DNA of 21,141 bases, taken from an uncultured Janthinobacterium sp. (GTDB lineage: Bacteria; Vulcanimicrobiota; Vulcanimicrobiia; Vulcanimicrobiales; Vulcanimicrobiaceae). Of this stretch, positions 10,658 to 17,202 are shown piece after piece; position 1 is the first letter of the stretch; each line of letters begins with the position of its first letter. The stretch is taken from assembly GCA_964658025.1 (NCBI GenBank), contig CAZZXB010000044.1, positions 1 to 21,141 on the forward strand, read 5' to 3'. The position numbers and the translations under genes were made by a program. The notes under the pieces were generated by a model. That model was not told the origin of the DNA. It saw only the letters and a list, made by a program, of their open reading frames with translations, and did not search any database.

Positions 10658-10666
10658 GCACCGCGC

Positions 10667-11524
10667 ATGGCCCAGGAAACGAAGCGCGGTTCGGGGGCGT
10701 CCGTGAGCCTGACCGAGCACGAAGAAGAAGAAGTCGTCGAACGCACGCCGCCCCGGGCCGCGGTCGTTTTCGAGACGATCCGCCGCGAGGGGCAAGCCGA
10801 ACTCGAGCGTCCCGCGCTCTCGCTCGCCGCCTCGGCGCTCGCCGCCGGGATCTCGATGGGCGCATCGCTCGCGGGTGAGGGGATCCTCAAGACGTTTTTG
10901 CCCGACGCGAAATGGACGCCGCTCGTCGACGGCTGGGGCTACACGCTCGGCTTCATGATCGTCATCCTCGGGCGGCAACAACTCTTCACCGAGAACACCG
11001 TGACCCCGGTCTTACCGCTCTTGGACAATCCCGACAAGCTCGCGACGCTCGGCAAGATGCTCCGCCTCTGGGTGATCGTGCTGGCGTGCAATCTCGTCGG
11101 TGCGGCGATCTTCGCGTTCGCCGCGGTCCATTCGACGGCGTTCACCGAGGAGATGAAGGCGACGTTCGCGCTACTCGGCGTCGAGGCGGCGAAACCCGAC
11201 TTCGCGACGATCGTCTGGCGCGGGATCGTCTCGGGTTGGCTGATCGCGCTCATGGTGTGGTTACTCCCCGGCGCGGATCAGCTGCGGATGTTCGTCATCT
11301 TGATCATCACGTACGTCGTCGGGATCGGCTCGTTCTCGCACATCATCGCGGGATCGGTCGAGGTGCTCTTCGCCGTGTTCGCGGGCGCCGTACCGTTCGC
11401 GAGTTTCTACGCGCACTTCTTGCCCGCGGTCTTCATCGGTAACGTCATCGGCGGCGTATCGCTCGTCGCGATCCTCAACTACGGTCAGGTCGTCGGCGAA
11501 GGCGAAGAGGGCGCGACCGCGTAG
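10667..11524 (+). CDS. Formate/nitrite transporter (FNT) family protein, YfdC-like
   Basis: 285 aa. Motifs IRREGQAELERP, ALAAGISMG, GYTLGFMIVILGRQQLFTENT, GIVSGWLIALMVWL, SHIIAGSVE and GNVIGGVSLVAILNYGQV. There is an alternative GTG start at 10703. Confidence 0.92.
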   Translation: MAQETKRGSGASVSLTEHEEEEVVERTPPRAAVVFETIRREGQAELERPALSLAASALAAGISMGASLAGEGILKTFLPDAKWTPLVDGWGYTLGFMIVILGRQQLFTENTVTPVLPLLDNPDKLATLGKMLRLWVIVLACNLVGAAIFAFAAVHSTAFTEEMKATFALLGVEAAKPDFATIVWRGIVSGWLIALMVWLLPGADQLRMFVILIITYVVGIGSFSHIIAGSVEVLFAVFAGAVPFASFYAHFLPAVFIGNVIGGVSLVAILNYGQVVGEGEEGATA

Positions 11525-11553
11525 GGCGACGGCCGCCGTTCGAACGCGAGCGC

Positions 11554-11569
11554 GAAGGCGCGGGCCTTC
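11554..11569 (+). terminator. Weak hairpin downstream of the FNT gene
   Basis: GAAGGC-gcgg-GCCTTC forms a 6-bp stem with no clear U tract. Confidence 0.25.
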
Positions 11570-11584
11570 TCGCGGTCTCGCGGT

Positions 11585-11601
11585 CTTAAGGAAATCTTAG
11601 G
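11585..11601 (+). promoter_or_regulatory. Direct repeat CTTAAG-N5-CTTAGG, a putative OmpR/PhoB-family response-regulator box
   Basis: An AT-rich island in GC-rich intergenic DNA. Two hexamers with an 11-bp period match the PmrA/BasR-type YTTAAK-N5-YTTAAK pattern with one mismatch. It lies 50 nt upstream of GTG 11652. Confidence 0.55.
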
Positions 11602-11651
11602 CTAGGAGAGGGCGGACCTCGGGTCGCGCGGTCGTAAGCCTTCGCACGACC

Positions 11652-12302
11652 GTGCGGGCCTTCCGATCGTTTGCGATTTCGGCATTCGCCGCGCTCTGCG
11701 CGGCGCTGATCGCCCATATCGCGATCGACGCGCTCGGGGACGTGTTGCTCGCACGCGATAGCTACGACGCGCTCGACCATCGTTCGCGCGCGTTCGTCGG
11801 AACGGCGGTGCTCGCGTTCGTGTTCGGGAGCGGTTCGCTCTTCGTCCGGAACGCGTTCGTGCGCGCGCGCGGGGACGATCGCGCGTTCTGCGCGTCGCTC
11901 GGCGAGCTCGTGCCGCGCAACGTCGTCGCGTTCGGCGTCGGCGTCTGCGCGCTCGCCGTGCCGCTGCTCGCCGCGATGGAGGCGATCGACGCGCGCTTGG
12001 ACGGCGCGATCGTCTCGGATCTCGGCGATCTCTTCGGCGGCTCGTACGCGCTCGGGATCGCGACGACGCTCGTCTGCGCGCTCGCGTGCGCGTTCGCCGT
12101 GGTGCGCGTCCTTCGCGCGGCGACGGTGCTCTGCGCGGCGCTCGTCCGCGTCGTCGCGATCGCCCGGCGACGCTCCGCCGCCCGTGCCCCGCGGGTGTGC
12201 GAGCGGCGTTTCCGTCGCTCGGCGGCCCTGCATCGCTCGTCGTGTTTCGGTCGTCGTCTCGTCGGCCGCGCGCCTCCGACCGCGCGCTCGTCCGCCACGT
12301 AA
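11652..12302 (+). CDS. Hypothetical polytopic membrane protein with C-terminal RAPP motif (putative translation-arrest leader)
   Basis: 216 aa with about 4 hydrophobic segments and host-like codon usage. It has a His/Asp-rich loop (HIAIDALGDVLLARDSYDALDH), several Cys and an Arg-rich tail ending GRAPPTARSSAT. It stops 44 nt upstream of the TonB-dependent receptor. Confidence 0.75.
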   Translation: MRAFRSFAISAFAALCAALIAHIAIDALGDVLLARDSYDALDHRSRAFVGTAVLAFVFGSGSLFVRNAFVRARGDDRAFCASLGELVPRNVVAFGVGVCALAVPLLAAMEAIDARLDGAIVSDLGDLFGGSYALGIATTLVCALACAFAVVRVLRAATVLCAALVRVVAIARRRSAARAPRVCERRFRRSAALHRSSCFGRRLVGRAPPTARSSAT

Positions 12303-12346
12303 TCGCACGATGACGGGCGACGCGCGAGCGTCGTCGGGAGCACACC

Positions 12347-15064
12347 ATGTTCGGAACGTTCACGCGAGCGCGTACGGCGCTCGCCTTCTTCGCGTGCGCG
12401 ACGGCGTGCGCGAGCGCGCCCGCGGTCGCCGCGGGCGACGCATCGATCTCGGGGATCGTCGACGACGCGGCGACGGGCCTCCCCGCGCCCGGCGCGCGCG
12501 TGCGCGTCGAAGGCACGAAGCTCGTCGCGACGGCCGATCGCGCGGGCGCCTTCGCGTTCGCGGAGGTGCCGCCCGGTTCGTATCGCCTGCGCGTCGATCT
12601 CGACGGGTATCAATCCACGGAGTCGGAAGAGATCGCCGTCTCCGCGACCGGCCGCGCACCGAGTCTGACGCTCGCGATCGAGCGTACGAACGTGGCGGGC
12701 AACGCCAACGTGCGGACGATCGCGGTCACGGCGACGCGCGCGACGGAATCGCTGCAACGCGCGAGCACGATCTATCGCTCCGTCTCACCCCAGACCCAGA
12801 TCGCGGACGGTTTTTTTCGCACGGGCGACGCGCTACGTCAACTCCCGGGGATCAACAATCAGATCGGCGGCGACACGGCCTCGCTCGGCGACGATCTCCA
12901 ACTCCAGATCCGCGGACTCGGTACGAACGAGACGACGGCGCTCCTCGACGGCCACCCGATCGCCTTCGGCGTCCCCGGCGGCTACAATTACCAACTAACG
13001 CCCGCCTTCGGCTTGCGCAACATCAACGTGACGTACGGTTCGGCGGGGACGGAACTCACGGGGTACGATGCGATCGGCGGCATCGTCGATCAGCAGACGC
13101 TCGAGCCGACGCGCACGCCGCACGCGACGTTTCTCCAGGGATACGGAACGTTCGATCGCGCCGATACCGATCTCACGTTCACCGGCACGACCGGTCGCCT
13201 CGGGTATGCGCTCGCCTACGGCGTCGGTAGTCTGAACGGTCCGTTCCACGACGAGTCGTTCTACCAGCCGGGCGCGGCCTACGATCCGTCGGCGACGTCG
13301 CCCGCGGTTCGCGCGCTCGCCGTATACAAGGACTCGGGAACGACCGTGCAGCGGAGCGGCCTGCAAAAACTCCGCTACGATCTCAGCGACGCGACGAACC
13401 TCACGCTGACGGGCTTTCAATCCGACGTCTGGGAAGATAAGACCGGAAACGGCGACGGCGATTTCGCCGATCCCGCCTACTCGCTCGCGCTCGGACGCGC
13501 GTCGCTCGCGGGGAAAGGCGCGAAGGATCCGTGTCCGGCGGGTTCGTTCACGGCGATCACGCCCGCGAACGGCGCGGTGTGGGGCACGGGACCGAACGGT
13601 CTCCCCGACGGCGGCGCGCCGTGTCAGACGCCGCAGAGTTACGCGAACGCCATCACGGGATTCCAAGGCGCGGGGACCGCGTGGCAGGCCTTCAATCTCG
13701 ACGACGAAGACGTACGCTTCGAGACGAACGGCGCGCACCAACAGATCCGCGTCGACGCCTTCACCGATCGCTATCTCAACACGGTCGATCGCACGTTCGC
13801 GCTGCCGTTCGTGAAGGTGCCCGGCGACAACGGGTTCTTCAACAACACGGCCGTCTCGACGTCGGGCGTGCAGGCCTACGACGATTTCGAGGGTCGCAAC
13901 AACGAACTCGGGATCGGTTTCGAATATCTCAACGACGCGTACGATCTGCGTCGGAACGGAACGCTCCGCGGGGCGCCGATCGTGCACGAGCTCACCGAGT
14001 TCGTCCGCGACGCCTACCACCCGCACGCGGGTCCGCTCTCGGCGTACGCGAGCCTCTATCTCAAGCGCTCGACCGTCACGAACACGTCGTATGCCGATCC
14101 GCGCGTCTCGCTCGTCTACGAAGCGCCCGGGAAGCGGGACGTCTTCCGCGTCGCGGCGGGTGCGACGACGACGCAGCCGACGGCCGATCTCGTCGATCAG
14201 GCGTTCACGCCGGGGACGTTTCTCACGGCGGGCGGCGGCGGCGGGATCAGCTGCGGCAGCCTCAATTCCGTCGGCTCCGCGCCGTCGTCGTTACTGAAGC
14301 CCGAGCGCGGCGTCGACGAAGAAGTCGGCTACGGCCACCGCTTCGATCGCGACTCGCAGGTGCAGGTCACGTTCTATAATACGAACGTCTACGGCAAGAT
14401 CTACGCGAACCTCACGCCGCTCGCGACGACGGGGACGGGCTTCATCGATCCCGCGACGCTCCTCGCGGCGGAGCAGTTCGTACGCAACGCGTGCGGCACG
14501 AACGATCCGCTCGCGCTCCTCGGCGTGTCGGGCTCGATCAATCTCGGACAACTCCGCGCGCAAGGCTTCACGGTGACGGGACGCCAGCGGATCAGTCCGG
14601 GGACGTTCTTCGATTACGATTACGCGACGACGTCGACCGTGCTCCGCTCGGCGCCGATCGATTTTCTACAGAACAATCTCACGTCGGTGATCGGCTCGCA
14701 GGTGCCGTATCTGCCGCTCCACACGCTCGATTTCGCGGTCGACGGACGCGTGACGCCCGCCTTCGATCTGCGCTACACGCTACACGCGATCTCGGACAAC
14801 AACAACAAGCACTCCGGCGGTTACAACTACAGCGAACTGCGCGGCGCCTTCTCGCTTCCGCGCGGTACGTTCACGGCATCCGTCTTCAACCTCTTCGACC
14901 AGGACGCGTTCCTCAAAGGCTATCTCGGCGAGGGCGTGCCGCTCCAACTCAACCAATACGCGACGGCCGCCGCGTACGCGCCGCTCATCGGGGCGAACGC
15001 GACCGAACGCTTCGGGATTCCGTATCGATCGTTCTTCGCGAGTTACGCGATCGACGTACCGTAA
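12347..15064 (+). CDS. TonB-dependent outer-membrane receptor with N-terminal carboxypeptidase-regulatory-like domain
   Basis: 905 aa. Signal peptide, then ISGIVDDAATGLPAPGARVRV...ADRAGAFAF..VPPGSY (CarboxypepD_reg-like), a TonB-box-like RTIAVTAT, plug motifs DALRQLPGI, IRGLG, LLDGHP and AIGGIV, and barrel motifs LKPERG and VFNLFD. SD GGGAG at 12336-12340. Confidence 0.92.
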   Translation: MFGTFTRARTALAFFACATACASAPAVAAGDASISGIVDDAATGLPAPGARVRVEGTKLVATADRAGAFAFAEVPPGSYRLRVDLDGYQSTESEEIAVSATGRAPSLTLAIERTNVAGNANVRTIAVTATRATESLQRASTIYRSVSPQTQIADGFFRTGDALRQLPGINNQIGGDTASLGDDLQLQIRGLGTNETTALLDGHPIAFGVPGGYNYQLTPAFGLRNINVTYGSAGTELTGYDAIGGIVDQQTLEPTRTPHATFLQGYGTFDRADTDLTFTGTTGRLGYALAYGVGSLNGPFHDESFYQPGAAYDPSATSPAVRALAVYKDSGTTVQRSGLQKLRYDLSDATNLTLTGFQSDVWEDKTGNGDGDFADPAYSLALGRASLAGKGAKDPCPAGSFTAITPANGAVWGTGPNGLPDGGAPCQTPQSYANAITGFQGAGTAWQAFNLDDEDVRFETNGAHQQIRVDAFTDRYLNTVDRTFALPFVKVPGDNGFFNNTAVSTSGVQAYDDFEGRNNELGIGFEYLNDAYDLRRNGTLRGAPIVHELTEFVRDAYHPHAGPLSAYASLYLKRSTVTNTSYADPRVSLVYEAPGKRDVFRVAAGATTTQPTADLVDQAFTPGTFLTAGGGGGISCGSLNSVGSAPSSLLKPERGVDEEVGYGHRFDRDSQVQVTFYNTNVYGKIYANLTPLATTGTGFIDPATLLAAEQFVRNACGTNDPLALLGVSGSINLGQLRAQGFTVTGRQRISPGTFFDYDYATTSTVLRSAPIDFLQNNLTSVIGSQVPYLPLHTLDFAVDGRVTPAFDLRYTLHAISDNNNKHSGGYNYSELRGAFSLPRGTFTASVFNLFDQDAFLKGYLGEGVPLQLNQYATAAAYAPLIGANATERFGIPYRSFFASYAIDVP

Positions 15065-15330
15065 GGCGGCCCGTACGTGCGCGACGCATCGCGGACGGGC
15101 GCCCGGTGGGGCGTCGACGTTCGAGACAGTCGCGCCGGATCGCGTCGCCGATCTCCCGGATCGCCCCGTATTCGGCACACGTATCGGCGAGACGGCGTCG
15201 CGCTGCGTTTTCGAATCTGGCGATCCGATGGCGATCGTTCCCGGCCACGTGACACGCTCGGCGCCCGCCTTTCGAGCGGCCGTCGCGCGAGATCGCGCCC
15301 GCGCGCGGGCCGGGACGAGACGTCCGAGCG

Positions 15331-15339
15331 TGGTACTAT
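15331..15339 (+). promoter_or_regulatory. Putative extended -10 promoter element (TGgTACTAT)
   Basis: Matches TGn-TAnnnT at the start of an AT-rich region and is directly followed by the inverted repeat TTTTCA-N5-TGAAAA (15340-15356). Confidence 0.4.
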
Positions 15340-15491
15340 TTTTCATGGCGTGAAAAGAGAACGAAAGGGTGGACGGTAATGTTAAGAAAAAAAATCGCTA
15401 CCGTACGCCCGGTAGGGAGTCCCAATTCCATTTCTGTGAAGAAATTGGGGCGATCGTTCGGCCTTACGGCTAACCAAGCTCTCGAATCTAC

Positions 15492-15503
15492 TTGCATATG
15501 CAA
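15492..15503. promoter_or_regulatory. Perfect 12-bp palindrome TTGCATATGCAA, putative operator
   Basis: Perfect dyad, additionally flanked by TCTA (15487-15490) and TAGA (15504-15507). It lies 22 nt upstream of the likely GTG start at 15526. Confidence 0.45.
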
Positions 15504-15525
15504 TAGAAGAAGTGGAGATGTACCA

Positions 15526-16887
15526 GTGACCCGAACCAGATACGGAAGAACTTTCTTCCGCTCGCTTCCTTTGGGCGCCGCCGCGCTCTCGCTGGCGGTG
15601 ACCGCCGTGAGCGGCCGTTCGGCCCTCGCGACGACGACCGAGCACAAGACCGCGCCGCCGGCCGCGCTCGTCGCGCTCGTCAACAGCATGCCGCCCGAGT
15701 TCCGAAAGCATTCCGTGCTCGCCCAAGCGCTCGAAGCGAGCCGATACGGCTCGCCGTCGGTGCCGCTGACCGAAGCCGCACCGGTCAACATGGGCATCGT
15801 CGAACACTCGTTGCCCGTGGGCACGGTGCCGATCGACATCAAGAACGGCCCCGACGGCGCCCCGTGGTTCAGCTACGCGCGCGGCATGGGCCGTATCGAT
15901 CCCGTCACGAAACGGATCAATCTCTATCCGTCGCCGATCGCGGACGGCGTTCCGTACGCGGTGAACGGCGGACCCGGGCCGTACATGTACTTCACGGCGC
16001 TCGGCGTGACGACGGGCGTCGGCAACGGAATCGGGCGCATCAACGTCAAGACCCACGCATATCAGTTCTTCACGATCCCGACGGTGGCCGCGTATCCCGC
16101 CGACATCAAGACCGGACCCGACGGGAACGAGTGGTTCAGCGAAACGCTCGGCGGCAAGATCGGCGTCTTCAACACCCGGACGCTGACCATCAAAGAATTC
16201 GTAACGGGACTCGCCACGCTCCCGCAGGACGTCGCGACCGGCCAAGGCAGCTGCGAAGTCTTCGAAAAGTGCCCTCCGGGCATCAACACGCCCGGCGGCC
16301 CGCTCGGCGACGGCAACGTTTGGTACACGCTGATGGGCGTGGTTCCGGGCTTGCCGTACAGTAAGCTTCCCGTCAGCCTGCCGCTCTCGCTCGGCGCGGG
16401 CCGGACGCTGACGCAACCGAACCGTAGCCAGTTGAACCTCGGGCCCGGCAACGCGCTCCTGAGCATCAACCCGAGAACCTACAAGATCACGGAATACCCG
16501 TATCCCACGGCGCTCTCGGGCACGCTCGACGTCGATCCCGGACCGAACAACTACCAGGTCTGGTTCGCCGAGATCACCGGTAACAAGATCGGCTACATCG
16601 ACCTGCGCACGCACATCATCAAGGAGATCCCGCTGTCGGTCGGCGCGACGCCGTTCACCATCGGCGCGGGCCCCAAGGTGTTCCCGCCCGAAATGTACTT
16701 CACCGAAGAGGGCGCGAACGCGATCGGGACCTACGATCCGGCCACGGGCAAACTCGGCCAACTCCCGGTGCCGACGCCCGGCGCCGTGTTCATCGACCTG
16801 ACGCAGAACAGCATCTCGAACACGATGTTCTTCACGGAAGCCGCCGGCAACAAGATCGGCGAGGTCGTCATCTCCAAACCCAAGTAA
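15526..16887 (+). CDS. Secreted Vgb (virginiamycin B lyase)-like seven-bladed beta-propeller protein (about 453 aa)
   Basis: Seven repeats of the type P.dI..GPDG..WFtE...nkIGri (e.g. PIDIKNGPDGAPWFS, PADIKTGPDGNEWFSE...GKIG, QVWFAEITGNKIG, MFFTEAAGNKIG). The start was placed at GTG 15526 with GGAG at 15514-15517, which gives the signal peptide MTRTRYGRTFFRSLPLGAAALSLAVTAVSGRSALA. Confidence 0.85.
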   Translation: MTRTRYGRTFFRSLPLGAAALSLAVTAVSGRSALATTTEHKTAPPAALVALVNSMPPEFRKHSVLAQALEASRYGSPSVPLTEAAPVNMGIVEHSLPVGTVPIDIKNGPDGAPWFSYARGMGRIDPVTKRINLYPSPIADGVPYAVNGGPGPYMYFTALGVTTGVGNGIGRINVKTHAYQFFTIPTVAAYPADIKTGPDGNEWFSETLGGKIGVFNTRTLTIKEFVTGLATLPQDVATGQGSCEVFEKCPPGINTPGGPLGDGNVWYTLMGVVPGLPYSKLPVSLPLSLGAGRTLTQPNRSQLNLGPGNALLSINPRTYKITEYPYPTALSGTLDVDPGPNNYQVWFAEITGNKIGYIDLRTHIIKEIPLSVGATPFTIGAGPKVFPPEMYFTEEGANAIGTYDPATGKLGQLPVPTPGAVFIDLTQNSISNTMFFTEAAGNKIGEVVISKPK

Positions 16888-16906
16888 CGATCGCGATCGT
16901 CTCGCG

Positions 16907-16942
16907 AAACGCCGGTGCTCGAATTCGGGCACCGGCGTTTTT
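16907..16942 (+). terminator. Intrinsic (rho-independent) terminator
   Basis: AAACGCCGGTGCTCG-aatt-CGGGCACCGGCGTTT forms a 15-bp stem with one G-U pair and runs into TTTTT. It lies 20 nt after the propeller gene stop. Confidence 0.9.
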
Positions 16943-17024
16943 CGTCGATCCGTGACGGTCGTTTCCGCGTGCGATTCCACCGTTTTGGCGGGCGGAGCCT
17001 CTGCGGAGCGATTCCGCGGTAGCT

Positions 17025-17030
17025 GGGTAC
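17025..17030 (+). promoter_or_regulatory. Putative alternative-sigma -10 element GGGTAC for the small acidic ORF/DUF2630 unit
   Basis: GGGTAC-gagcgttcc-ATG(17040), with a 9-nt spacer and no SD. Confidence 0.55.
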
Positions 17031-17039
17031 GAGCGTTCC

Positions 17040-17183
17040 ATGCACGACGACAAAGACGAACGCTCGGACGACGAACGCGCCGCGGACCGGCGGGTCGCGG
17101 TCACCGCGGCCGACGACACGGGGATGATCGCGCAGCAAGAATTCCTGACCGAAGCCGAACTCGAAGACGAGGAACCGGCGTGA
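17040..17183 (+). CDS. Small acidic hydrophilic protein (47 aa), not in the ORF track
   Basis: MHDDKDERSDDERAADRRVAVTAADDTGMIAQQEFLTEAELEDEEPA. Codons are host-like (GAC/GAA/GCC), the ORF is preceded by the GGGTAC motif, and it ends 19 nt before the DUF2630 gene. Confidence 0.65.
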   Translation: MHDDKDERSDDERAADRRVAVTAADDTGMIAQQEFLTEAELEDEEPA

Positions 17184-17202
17184 GCACGAAACGAGGACGC
17201 GC

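Noticed and set aside
10585..10890. N-terminal 102-aa extension of the glgE ORF given in the ORF track
   Set aside because: It overlaps the divergent FNT gene and has no domain-like content. Recognisable sequence begins at MGLRIYNLFP (ATG 10584), which also has the GGGTAC motif upstream.
11585..11606. IdeR/DtxR box interpretation of TTAGGCTAGG
   Set aside because: It lacks the dyad right half (CCTAA) of the 19-bp DtxR/IdeR palindrome. The direct-repeat reading fits better.
15065..15330. GC-rich hairpins after the receptor gene (e.g. GCCCGT...ACGGGC) as a terminator, REP/MITE or small gene
   Set aside because: There is no U tract, no second copy in the window and no convincing ORF. Such pairings are common at this GC content.
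15355..15385. CGAAAGGGTGGACG resembling part of a c-di-GMP-I riboswitch
   Set aside because: There is no complementary 5' arm (GGCAAACC-like) and no following GCAAAGC/P2 element.
15379..15525. Longer start (ATG 15379) for the Vgb-like gene
   Set aside because: The extension lies in AT-rich, palindrome-rich DNA with atypical codons. GTG 15526 has an SD and gives a clean signal peptide.
15526..15570. Tat signal in the propeller protein (YGRTFF)
   Set aside because: There is no twin-arginine pair, so Sec export is more parsimonious.
15526..16887. Calling the propeller gene vgb (streptogramin B resistance)
   Set aside because: Only the repeat fold is shared. The signal peptide, larger size and insertions argue against a bona fide Vgb, and the catalytic residues were not verified.
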